Part shown: piece by piece, positions 9,486-18,164 of the stretch
How positions within the stretch are numbered: the first letter of the stretch is position 1
Layout of the letters: each line of letters starts with the position of its first letter
Source of the DNA: Candidatus Gottesmanbacteria bacterium
Lineage (GTDB): Bacteria; Patescibacteriota; Microgenomatia; 2-02-FULL-39-11
Assembly: GCA_016186795.1 (NCBI GenBank)
Contig: JACPKY010000002.1
Coordinates: forward strand, 529,044-593,043
DNA length: 64,000 bases
Direction of reading: 5' to 3'
Notes under the pieces: generated by a model
What the model was told of the DNA's origin: nothing
Databases searched by the model: none
The model's input: only the letters and a program-made list of their open reading frames with translations
Made by a program: the position numbers and the translations under genes

Positions 9486-10852
9486 CTTTTCGTCAGCTCA
9501 TTGTATAATTTCTCAATTTCCTGCCCCAACGACTTATCTTCTTCAACCATTTTTTGCTCTTCATCTGACAACCACTGGTTTGCTTTCATTGTTGAAACTA
9601 TTTTTTCTGCATTATTTTTCCGCTTTGTTAAAATTTGGAAAAGTTTCTCAACCTTCTCTTTATCAATATTCTCAGCAGTCCGAACCTGTTCCAGCGAAGG
9701 TATTATCGTATTGAGACTATCAATGAGACTTTGCCAGCTGTCGATTTGTTCTTTTGAGTAATTTGGCGGCACATACCCTCCTAAATGGACAACAATCACT
9801 TGTGGGGTACAAGCATCTCGTCCTACGGAAACTTCAGAAATACCAATATCTTGATATTCTTTTGACAAGAGTAAATTTTTTGTCTCGGGAAAAGCCATAA
9901 AATTTTCAACAAGCTCTTCGGCATCATAATGCCCTTGAGTAAAAACCTCTGCGTAAAGGATATTCCTATACCCAGCTTCTTTCACTGCCTGAGACATTTT
10001 TACACCGCTTCTTGTTGCCTCAAAGGAATAGTCATTTGTTGTTATCATGATATTCCCTCGTCTTTTTGCAGAGAGAGAAAGGAGAGGATTAAAAGCTAAA
10101 TTTGGGATATTTTTTTCTTTTCGTTTGCTATTGAGAAGTCTTACAAATTCTTGGCTGTCAAGCGTTTCTGTTTGAGCAAGGAGATAATCGTTTTCGGTAT
10201 TTCGCCAATTCCCTCGATATTCTCCTTGATTTTCCCACGGCAGAACATAGTGAATATCTTCCTCATCAACAAGTCCAATATCAAACCGTGAATCTAGACT
10301 TGCCTTCCGATTATCTCCAAGAATAAAAAACTTTCCAGTTGGAATTGTCAGTTTGATACACGACTGCAAAAACTCCCCGCCATAGGTAGACCTTGGCTTT
10401 GCAGTAAAAGGCTCATCAAGCGTCTTTCCATTTACATACACAAATCCATCACGCAGTTCAATCGTATCACCAGGTAGGGCAACAATACGCTTTACGAATC
10501 CTGTTCTTTCACCGTATTTTTTTTCTGTCAATTCTTCCGTTTTGGCATTTTCAAACTCAACAATATCACCTACTTTCAACGAATAGGCAAAGAGTCTTTT
10601 CCCAAAAAAGGGAATACCTCCAGGGTATCGGCGCATCTTTGGCCATGCAACAATTTCTTTGGCGGCAACGACATCATCTATATTTTCACTTTTGGGAAAC
10701 GTCGGGTACATTGATCCAGTACCTGCAATCTGTATTTCTTCAGATACTAAACCCATGGAGAGAAACAACTGTTGGATATATGGACGGGAGAAATACCAGT
10801 ACCCGGCAAGGAGAACAATGAGGATGACGAGTGAGACCGCCTTCCGTATCAT
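9482..10852 (-). CDS. lepB: Signal peptidase I (S26) fused to a C-terminal CAP/SCP-like domain and coiled-coil tail
   Basis: GTGSMYPTF (catalytic Ser box), RIVALPGDTIE and GDNRKASLDSR are S26 boxes. The downstream ~150 aa (YRNILYAEVFTQGHYDAEELVENFMAF...) look CAP/YkwD-like, followed by a Lys/Glu-rich tail. The start was chosen at MIRKAVSLVILIV (TM anchor) at 10852. The ORF-track version (to 10987) would overlap the upstream gene by 115 nt. Confidence 0.7.
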   Translation of the reverse strand: MIRKAVSLVILIVLLAGYWYFSRPYIQQLFLSMGLVSEEIQIAGTGSMYPTFPKSENIDDVVAAKEIVAWPKMRRYPGGIPFFGKRLFAYSLKVGDIVEFENAKTEELTEKKYGERTGFVKRIVALPGDTIELRDGFVYVNGKTLDEPFTAKPRSTYGGEFLQSCIKLTIPTGKFFILGDNRKASLDSRFDIGLVDEEDIHYVLPWENQGEYRGNWRNTENDYLLAQTETLDSQEFVRLLNSKRKEKNIPNLAFNPLLSLSAKRRGNIMITTNDYSFEATRSGVKMSQAVKEAGYRNILYAEVFTQGHYDAEELVENFMAFPETKNLLLSKEYQDIGISEVSVGRDACTPQVIVVHLGGYVPPNYSKEQIDSWQSLIDSLNTIIPSLEQVRTAENIDKEKVEKLFQILTKRKNNAEKIVSTMKANQWLSDEEQKMVEEDKSLGQEIEKLYNELTKR

Positions 10853-10871
10853 GGAACTAGTATAGCGTATT

Positions 10872-12059
10872 TCACCAGGTAAGAATTGCGGGAGAAAATG
10901 TGGTGGTGAGTCGAGAGAGTTCTTTCTTGTACTCAACGACGATTTTTTTCCAATCAAATTCCCGAATGGTTTTTTCCCGAAGTGCAAGGCTAATTTTTTG
11001 CTGCTTCTTTGGGTTCTTCAAAAGCGAGACAAGAGCTCGGTGGATACTTGCAACTTTTGGCTTTACAATAATCCCAGTTTCCCCATCAATAATTAATTCT
11101 TTTGTACCCCCGACATCTGTTGCAATCACCGAACACCCTGATGCTCCGGCTTCTAAAAGTACATTCGGGAACCCTTCAAAATGGTATGAAGGATTTACCA
11201 GTATATCTGTATTTGCCAAAAGTGTAGATATTTCCTCCATATTCAACTCGTGAGTAAAGTAGATACGCTCTTTGGGAAATTGGTGGAGTTTATCATACAC
11301 ATGCCCACCACCTGCAAAGACGAAGTGGAGATGGGGATTTTCCGCAACCATTCCTTTTGCGACATCGTATAGAAGTTGAGGCCCTTTTGTGGGTATCATC
11401 CGTCCCACAAAGGTAATAAGGATATCCTGACTTGTAAGCTTTCCCTTGCCTACTTTTGGAATAGTTCGTCCTTTTTGTCGTTTTGCCGGATTAAAAAAGT
11501 CTGTATCAACTCCCCCATATACCAATACGGGCTCATTAATACCGTAATTTTTGATAAGTTTAAGCGTTGCCTTATTGGTAACAGTAACTGAATCGTATAG
11601 CCTAAGTATAAGAATAGACATAATCCGTTCGATGATTTTGGAGACAACAGTGATTGTTTTTAAGGCATGGATTGGACTGCTACTCGCATGATCGGTAAGA
11701 ATTGTTTTAGCACCAAGCAGTTTTCCAACAAGTGGTGCCCACCATGAATTATCAAAAAACCTGGTATGGGAATTTACAACTTTGTAGTGATTTTTATTGG
11801 CCAACTTCCAAAGTAGACGTATGAGAGAGAAATAGTTCGGAATGGCAAACTGTCCACCGAGAATATCCAAACAGGGAACTCTATAAATCATAAATCCTTT
11901 ATATTCCTCAATACTCGGTGATTTTGTCGTGTTATAACAGATTACATCTACTTGTATCGAAGGATCGCTTTGCATGAGGTGCCTGTGAAGTTCCAGTGCA
12001 TACTGCTGACTTCCACCAACGTGCGGGTAAAAATATGGAGTGATAAGAAGTATCCGCAT
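10872..12059 (-). CDS. Glycosyltransferase family 4
   Basis: EGFPNVLLEAGASGCSVIATDVGGTKELI is the GT4 (E-x7-E) signature. N-terminal MRILLITPYFYPHVGGS. Confidence 0.75.
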   Translation of the reverse strand: MRILLITPYFYPHVGGSQQYALELHRHLMQSDPSIQVDVICYNTTKSPSIEEYKGFMIYRVPCLDILGGQFAIPNYFSLIRLLWKLANKNHYKVVNSHTRFFDNSWWAPLVGKLLGAKTILTDHASSSPIHALKTITVVSKIIERIMSILILRLYDSVTVTNKATLKLIKNYGINEPVLVYGGVDTDFFNPAKRQKGRTIPKVGKGKLTSQDILITFVGRMIPTKGPQLLYDVAKGMVAENPHLHFVFAGGGHVYDKLHQFPKERIYFTHELNMEEISTLLANTDILVNPSYHFEGFPNVLLEAGASGCSVIATDVGGTKELIIDGETGIIVKPKVASIHRALVSLLKNPKKQQKISLALREKTIREFDWKKIVVEYKKELSRLTTTFSPAILTW

Positions 12060-12063
12060 ATCA

Positions 12064-12849
12064 TCAGTTTCCTTTCACAAGGAAAAGCGCAATAAATCCT
12101 TTCATCGTTCCCAAAGCCTCATACGCATACGACTTGAGAGGAAACTTGGGAAGCATATTATCAACTTTAAGCCTTCTTTCAAGAATAAAGAAAAAATGGG
12201 AAAGTCCCGTTTTTATAACATTTAACTTGCTTATGCCATTGATTCGGACATAGTAGGGAATGTGGTATTCAGAAAACCTGATATCTTTATGATACAACGC
12301 CGCAAGCTTGACTTCCGGAGAGAAGTTCCAATCTCCGCTTTTCAACTTGAGTTTTCCAGCAATATTTTTTCTCATCACCCACATGCCGGTTAAAATATCA
12401 ATGAAATAGTAGCCATACAAAAGTCCAATCCATAAATTCAATATACCAATTCCGAGCCTTCGAAAGAGGGTGATTGACGATTTATTAGTAAGAGGCAACC
12501 TATTACACGATACAAAGTCGATGTTACTTTTCTCCATATATGTCACAATTTCCTCAATTGCTTCAACCGGATAGGTATTATCGCCATCCATAGTCACAAT
12601 ATAGTCGCCTGTTGCGTTCTTTAAACCGGTTTGATGGGCAAACCCATACCCGATACCATTAACGCTCCGCTTTTCTTTGAACACTTTGGCACCACCGTTT
12701 CTCGCAACTTGGGCGGTATTATCAGAAGAGTTATTATCAACCACAAGAACCTCATCAACAAATGATGGAACTTTTGCAAGAAGATGGTAGAGTGCCGCTT
12801 CTTCATTCTTGCATGGAATCACAAGTGTTATGCGTTTCTTAAATAACAT
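12064..12849 (-). CDS. GT2 glycosyltransferase (DPM1/GtrB-like)
   Basis: VIPCKNEEAAL ... VVDNNSSDNT ... VTMDGDNTYP are the GT2-A DXD region motifs. Confidence 0.7.
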   Translation of the reverse strand: MLFKKRITLVIPCKNEEAALYHLLAKVPSFVDEVLVVDNNSSDNTAQVARNGGAKVFKEKRSVNGIGYGFAHQTGLKNATGDYIVTMDGDNTYPVEAIEEIVTYMEKSNIDFVSCNRLPLTNKSSITLFRRLGIGILNLWIGLLYGYYFIDILTGMWVMRKNIAGKLKLKSGDWNFSPEVKLAALYHKDIRFSEYHIPYYVRINGISKLNVIKTGLSHFFFILERRLKVDNMLPKFPLKSYAYEALGTMKGFIALFLVKGN

Positions 12850-12878
12850 AGGCGGGTATTATAGCACTAACTATAGGA

Positions 12879-14750
12879 CTAATCAACCTCTGTGCTCTTG
12901 TTTTTTACCTCAAATATGGAAAGCCCTGGATTTTCATAGACGAAGGTAAAATCACTCGGTGTTTGTTTCAATTTCTCTATGCGGCGGTAATCGGCAAGGG
13001 ATAGATCAACCGGTGCCCAGACATTGAAAAAGTAGGCTTGTTTATCCGCAACTGTTGCATTTTGCCAAGCAAAATATCGTCCTCCTACGACAAACAGCCG
13101 CCTATCAGAAGAGTCCAGACGATCGGAAATCTTGGTAAGCCCATCTCGCATTTCGCTTGAATCAGTCGCAATCGTAAGGTCGATTAGAAGTCCTCGTATT
13201 TCTGCATCGGCATATGCCCCTCCTGCACTGTTGATAGTAGAAAGCGCCTCCAAAACATTTTGCGTTGCGGGATCTGAGATAAGAAGAGCAGTACTTCCTC
13301 CATACGTCTTCTTAAGATACTCAGCTGCTTTTACCTCAGAAGGAGAAACCTGCACATACGTGTCTTCATACAAGTTAATGCTTTTGAAATAAGCACTATT
13401 GGTGATAAATATCCCGAGGATGGTAACAAGAAACACCATGTACGCAAGAGAACGAAATAAAGGATTTAGAATTCGGCTAACTATTACGAATAGGCCAAAC
13501 GCAACAATAACATGAACAAAGTATCTTCCTAAAACATAAAACTTCAATACATAGGGAAACTGCGAGATGGTTAAACCAAAAAGGATTAGCGTTACAATTA
13601 TTCCTATACGAGCAAAAACACTTTTTATTTTATAAAGTGCATAAAGGCCAATGGGGAAAAATAAGAGCAAATACCCGTAGGAATTTTGCATAAATTTGAA
13701 TTTATCCGCTAAAGAGAAGGCGTAAAATTGCGCCTCCCCCTTATTAATAAAACCTAAAGGAATGAAATAAGAGGCGATGAGGAAGATAAAAAGAAGGTCA
13801 AAAAGAAACTCAACGATTAAAACGATTCTCATCTTTTCCTCAATTCTTGAGCGGTGATACAGGAAAAGGTATACACCAAGAAGGATTACCACAGCAACGA
13901 AACCTATGATGTAATGCATAAGTAAAAGAAATCCACATGTAAGAATGAGTGCAACCGGAAAATATCTCTCTCTCCTTTTCCAAACTTCAAGAAGGTGACT
14001 TATTAGAAACACAAAAACCAAAGATGTCAACGTTTGTGGAATAAAAAAGAGTGTTGTGTAGACGACATTTGATTCAAAGATAAATGCGCCTATTACTGCC
14101 GATACCGTTGCTACGGTCTCGTTGTCTGTCAGTATCTTTGCCAGAGTAAATGAGGCAAGAATAGTTAAAAATAGATGGAAAAAAGTAATCGATTGCCAGA
14201 AAGAAAGGATGTCGGATGGTACAAGAATCTGGGCGGTTGCGACAAGAGTGTGGAATAGTGAAGAGTATCCGTTAAACGTAAACGCATCAGACATGCGTGA
14301 GGTGAAAAAACTTAAGTGTCCGCGTACAATCTCGTTTGCAAGGATTTGATGCTCGTAAAGATCCCAATTGAGTGGATATGGCGTATGAATCGCCCACACT
14401 CGGGTAATAATAAGTGCCAAAAGAAGAGAGAGGAAGACCGGATAGAAATACTTTGTCGCGTCTTTCATATTTGTTTTCACAAGGTTAAACGCATTAATGG
14501 GAAGAGAAAGGGCCAGAAGTATATACAACGAGTATCGATATACGATGGAAAAAGCGACACTTGGGAAAAATCTCAATACAAAGCTTTCTACAAGGGCAAC
14601 CGCAAAAAGAAAGAGGCTCCCAGTTATAAAATAGAGTACAAATGGAAATGAAATACGTTTTCCCTTCCCCAAAACTGCCCATAACGCTCCCCCAATAAGA
14701 ATCGGGGTAGCATAGAAAAGAACCGCAGAGATAAATGTATTTTCAATCAT
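12879..14750 (-). CDS. Large polytopic membrane protein with a C-terminal extracytoplasmic domain (possible GT-C-like glycosyltransferase)
   Basis: 623 aa with about 12 TM helices followed by a roughly 180-aa soluble C-terminal domain. Located immediately downstream of a GtrB-like GT2. No motif recognised with certainty. Confidence 0.4.
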   Translation of the reverse strand: MIENTFISAVLFYATPILIGGALWAVLGKGKRISFPFVLYFITGSLFLFAVALVESFVLRFFPSVAFSIVYRYSLYILLALSLPINAFNLVKTNMKDATKYFYPVFLSLLLALIITRVWAIHTPYPLNWDLYEHQILANEIVRGHLSFFTSRMSDAFTFNGYSSLFHTLVATAQILVPSDILSFWQSITFFHLFLTILASFTLAKILTDNETVATVSAVIGAFIFESNVVYTTLFFIPQTLTSLVFVFLISHLLEVWKRRERYFPVALILTCGFLLLMHYIIGFVAVVILLGVYLFLYHRSRIEEKMRIVLIVEFLFDLLFIFLIASYFIPLGFINKGEAQFYAFSLADKFKFMQNSYGYLLLFFPIGLYALYKIKSVFARIGIIVTLILFGLTISQFPYVLKFYVLGRYFVHVIVAFGLFVIVSRILNPLFRSLAYMVFLVTILGIFITNSAYFKSINLYEDTYVQVSPSEVKAAEYLKKTYGGSTALLISDPATQNVLEALSTINSAGGAYADAEIRGLLIDLTIATDSSEMRDGLTKISDRLDSSDRRLFVVGGRYFAWQNATVADKQAYFFNVWAPVDLSLADYRRIEKLKQTPSDFTFVYENPGLSIFEVKNKSTEVD

Positions 14751-15556
14751 AGAGATTCAACAGATTTTTCCATTCCTTCAAGAACAGTTATATCAAGATG
14801 GGAAACATAATCTTTTGATCCCAACACTGCGTTTTCTTCCACCTCCAATAGGTTTGCATCCCGATTGATCCAAATTTTTTGGTTGGCGGTTGCCGCGATT
14901 TTGATGAATGCGGAAGTTTCGGGGTTCACAATATACACAATAGAGTCATCAATAGGACGGCGCAGTTCATTAATCGTAGGTTGTAACCGTACTTGGTATA
15001 TTTTTGAAAAAAGTTCTAAATCCTCTGGAGTCTGGTATGTATAGAGATTTCCATAGGAGTCGAAAATATAATCACCGCTAAAATACGCGACAGTCATCGC
15101 AGAAGAGGATGCGTTCAACGGTAATGGATCGATAATTGTCCGAGTGATACGAACAGAATTTCCTGATATTGTTGATTGGTAGCCTACAGTTACTTTCCCG
15201 GAAAATGCTATCGATGGATACTGCAAACCGAAGTATTGGAAAATGATACCAAGAATATTCTCCCAATGGGATTTTTGCAGATTCGTTTTTATGGATTTCT
15301 CTTTTAGTTCCTCCTGTGTATAGATACTGGAGCGGACTGCCTGATGGTTAATGATGTAATCATTGTATGGAGAAATCGTATAGAAGTATCGGTCGTTTAT
15401 ACGGAAAAGCGAAAGTCCATTCTCAAATGCTCCGAGGCGAAGACTTCCAACAGGATAGGATTTTTCAATCGGTGCAACAATCACTCCGTAGAGAGAAATT
15501 GCACAAAGAAGGGTAAAAAGAGAAAAGAAAAGAATGCTGACGAAAAAGTTCCTCAT
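14747..15556 (-). CDS. Hypothetical N-terminally anchored/secreted protein
   Basis: The ORF-track start is TTG. The first ATG (MRNFFVSILFFSLFTLL, signal/anchor) is at 15556. No recognised domain. Confidence 0.35.
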   Translation of the reverse strand: MRNFFVSILFFSLFTLLCAISLYGVIVAPIEKSYPVGSLRLGAFENGLSLFRINDRYFYTISPYNDYIINHQAVRSSIYTQEELKEKSIKTNLQKSHWENILGIIFQYFGLQYPSIAFSGKVTVGYQSTISGNSVRITRTIIDPLPLNASSSAMTVAYFSGDYIFDSYGNLYTYQTPEDLELFSKIYQVRLQPTINELRRPIDDSIVYIVNPETSAFIKIAATANQKIWINRDANLLEVEENAVLGSKDYVSHLDITVLEGMEKSVESL

Positions 15557-15755
15557 ACATAATTCCAAGACTTAAGAAATCAATGTCATCTATCAATAAA
15601 GTTCCTCTGCCCACAAATTACTTTGTGATCAGGGGAACAACGAGAACGCACAAATGGCAAAAAGAGTTGGCAAAAGCCAAATAAAAGTCGCAAGCGACTC
15701 TCTTTTTCCAAATCTTTCTTGTTGTTCCATTTTTTTTATTTTCTCCTTGCCTATC

Positions 15756-15837
15756 GGGCGGGATCTTTTCTGACTCAGTTCAGACTTGTTGGCGGTTGCC
15801 GCTAAGTCTTCACCTCATCAGGTGGATCCCGCCCGAA
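15756..15837. repeat. Compound inverted repeat: 12-bp perfect arms tcgggcgggatc / gatcccgcccga with nested shorter hairpins
   Basis: Read directly from the sequence. Arms lie at 15756-15767 and 15826-15837, with nested cacct-catc-aggtg and gactt...aagtc stems between them. It sits at the AT-rich to GC-rich transition, 40 nt past the stop of the island lipoprotein gene. Confidence 0.6.
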
Positions 15838-15876
15838 TCGGCGGCCGTTCATGATGGATGCCTCATGAAACGGCTT

Positions 15877-17253
15877 TTAGTACTTGGGACGAATGACCTT
15901 GCTGGTCACCTTGTCCTTGGTGATGTCGCCGTAAGGCAGTTCAAGATATCCATCCTTGAGCTCGCACGTCAGCGTGCGGGGACCACCGGCAAGCGGTACA
16001 TCAATACCTTCACTTCCCGTGCCGAATTTGACGCCCTTTGCGATGGTACCATCCTTTTTGGTGACGTCGCACGAAAATCCGCGACCAGTGGGCCAGAACG
16101 CCATCCCGAGTCCGCTTTGATTCGCGGTCCTATAGCCCCCTTCTTCATCCCAGGGCCAGACCGTGATTTTGTATTTACCGGTCCCGGTAATGACAGGCTT
16201 GAGACAAACCGGAACATCGAGGGTGGCATCACCGGAAAGCGGCTCGAAGAGCCAGAGCGCGCTCCAGGCACACGGCTGCGCTTCCTGGGAGCTATGGGTA
16301 ATGAGCCATTTCCCATCGCGATCGTCTTTTTGGAATGTCCCGCCCGCAATGAGCTGGTTGGGGACGCGTTCAAGCGATACATACCCGCCCGTGACATCCA
16401 AGGTAATGAACAGAATCTTTGTCTCGCCGGGTTTGATGTCAACTGGGATGCTTTCGGTGACTTCTTCAGTTCCGAGCATCGCGCCGACACCCGTCAATCC
16501 AAAGTGTACGTCACCACTGCTCACGTTTTTTACCGTGATCACAATGGCCTCCATGCCTGACACGTTCAATCTCGTGCATTCAGCCCATTGAGGGAACGTA
16601 CCTTGTTCGACAATCTTCCCGCTCTCAATCCGCGTCACGAGTGGCTTGTATTTGAGAATCCAGGTGAAGACCGTCGGGTCGTTGCACCGGTCATTATTTG
16701 TCGCATAGACCAGCTCAAAGAACCCGTCGGATAGCTTCTTGAACTCTGTCGCGAAAAACTCTTTGCCCGCCGTGACGTAGCCGTCGCTGTCCGTCTCGCC
16801 CTGTTGTTCGACCCACGGCGCATTGCCACCAGATGCCGGAGCCGGCGTTTCGGTCGGTTTCGGCGGCGCCGTGGTTTCGGTCGGCGGTGGTTCATTGCTG
16901 GGCGTTCCCGTCGGCACGGTCGTTGAAGTCATCGCGATGACCGTGGACGTCACCGCTGGCGGCTCTTTAGTCGCTGTCGCCGCGGGTGGCGGATTCGTTG
17001 CCGTAGCCGCGGGCGGGACCGCTGTTGCCGCTGCAGGCAAGGTTTCCGTCGCCACAACCGCTGGCGGGGTTTCCGTGGCTGCGGGCGGCGGATTCGTTGC
17101 CGTAGCCGCGGGCGCGCTGGTTGCCGCTGCAACGGTTGTCGGAGTCGCGCGGCGAGACGTTGCTGGCGCAAGCGCACATCCAACTGCCACTGACGCAAGC
17201 AAGAAAAGGAGCAATCCTGCGATCGCCCCTGGCAAATTGATTCGAATTTTCAC
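15877..17253 (-). CDS. GC-rich island: putative lipoprotein with a Thr/Pro/Ala-rich repeat linker and a C-terminal domain of unknown function
   Basis: GTG start (VKIRINLPGAIAGLLLFLLASVAVGC) is preceded by AGGAGGAGA. A lipobox-like VAVGC is present, then a duplicated ATATNPPPAAT linker, then a roughly 300-aa domain with no recognised motif. Local GC in sampled windows is about 60%, far above the window average. Confidence 0.45.
   Translation of the reverse strand: MKIRINLPGAIAGLLLFLLASVAVGCALAPATSRRATPTTVAAATSAPAATATNPPPAATETPPAVVATETLPAAATAVPPAATATNPPPAATATKEPPAVTSTVIAMTSTTVPTGTPSNEPPPTETTAPPKPTETPAPASGGNAPWVEQQGETDSDGYVTAGKEFFATEFKKLSDGFFELVYATNNDRCNDPTVFTWILKYKPLVTRIESGKIVEQGTFPQWAECTRLNVSGMEAIVITVKNVSSGDVHFGLTGVGAMLGTEEVTESIPVDIKPGETKILFITLDVTGGYVSLERVPNQLIAGGTFQKDDRDGKWLITHSSQEAQPCAWSALWLFEPLSGDATLDVPVCLKPVITGTGKYKITVWPWDEEGGYRTANQSGLGMAFWPTGRGFSCDVTKKDGTIAKGVKFGTGSEGIDVPLAGGPRTLTCELKDGYLELPYGDITKDKVTSKVIRPKY
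16930..17165. repeat. Imperfect DNA tandem repeat encoding the (PPAATATNPPPAAT)-type linker
   Basis: ggcggattcgttgccgtagccgcgggcg occurs twice within about 100 bp, embedded in GC-rich low-complexity coding sequence. Confidence 0.5.
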
Positions 17254-17267
17254 TTGTTTATCTCCTC

Positions 17268-17870
17268 CTACTTCAAGCCGCTCAACCAAGTATTTAGCTT
17301 GGCATCATCGGCTTCCATCAAACCGCGTACAATCTTTTCCGCTTTCACGCGGTCGCCGCGGAAAATTGTCAGAAGGCTGATATCCGGTTGTGCAAGCTCT
17401 CTGACGAGACCCCACTGATGTGGATCCATTGCCGCGATGACCTTCGCCTTGGCGATTTCCATCCCGGCGAGCGCGAACAATGTCGCGTTCTTTGTCGCAT
17501 CAATCTCCTTGGCAAGTCCAGCGAGGAACGTCAATTTCGCCGGCCCGACTCCTTTGAACGCTTTGGGTAATTCGATGAGTTCATCAAGGGAAACGCCTTG
17601 TTTCTTGATTTTTTCGATAAACTCAACGACCTCCGCCACCAACTGCGGATCAAGACCCGTCGCCGCGCTGGCGCGAATTGCCATTTCCGTTGCAATCAGG
17701 GCAAGGACGAACCCAGCCACTCCCACCAACGCGGTGTAAAAGTAGCCGGTGCCCACGAGGTCATTTTCGACCTCATACGCCGAGATTTGGGTGGCAAAAA
17801 GCCATGACGCGAGTAGCCCAACCACCGCGGACAGCCCAACAGGAAGAACTAAACTTCGTAACACTTTCAT
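17268..17870 (-). CDS. GC-rich island: two-TM membrane-anchored protein of unknown function
   Basis: ATG start is preceded by GGGAGGAAAAATC. Two N-terminal TM helices are followed by a roughly 130-aa Ala/Leu/Lys-rich domain. No recognised motif. Confidence 0.45.
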   Translation of the reverse strand: MKVLRSLVLPVGLSAVVGLLASWLFATQISAYEVENDLVGTGYFYTALVGVAGFVLALIATEMAIRASAATGLDPQLVAEVVEFIEKIKKQGVSLDELIELPKAFKGVGPAKLTFLAGLAKEIDATKNATLFALAGMEIAKAKVIAAMDPHQWGLVRELAQPDISLLTIFRGDRVKAEKIVRGLMEADDAKLNTWLSGLK

Positions 17871-17892
17871 GATTTTTCCTCCCTGAATCTAG

Positions 17893-17920
17893 CCAACGAT
17901 CTGTTGGCTCTTTTTTGACG
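17893..17920 (+). terminator. Rho-independent terminator-like hairpin (agccaac-gatct-gttggct followed by cttttttg) in plus-strand orientation
   Basis: Seen in the sequence at the right edge of the GC-rich island. No plus-strand gene lies upstream, so what it terminates is unclear. Confidence 0.35.
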
Positions 17921-18164
17921 AAAAGATTTCACCCCTTTGGTGAATTCGTTCACGTCATAGTTGCTCCTTTCTTTTTCCTCTGAGATTTTTTTGTTTTCCG
18001 ATTTGAAGATGCCGGGAGTTCTGCGGATAACTTTTGTTGTCAGCAAAAATCCCGACACCTTCTTGGGAAAAGGAAGAAGCTGTTTCAAGGAATGTTCTCG
18101 ACTACGCTCGAACAATAAAAAAGCACGTATTGTGTAAATTCAGTTATGGAGAAAATAATATGCC

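Noticed and set aside
15796-17380. Long plus-strand ORFs (15796-16560, 16163-16591, 16823-17380) and nested minus-strand ORFs (15969-16490, 16635-16895, 16950-17198, 16967-17179) inside the GC-rich island
   Set aside because: High-GC DNA lacks stop codons in all frames. These ORFs are antisense or out of frame to the two genes that have proper RBS and signal-peptide features, and they translate to Ala/Arg/Gly low-complexity strings. They are shadow ORFs.
17867-18115. 82-aa minus-strand ORF in the gap right of the island
   Set aside because: No RBS. The product is basic and low-complexity, and the ORF spans the plus-strand terminator hairpin. It is more likely noncoding.
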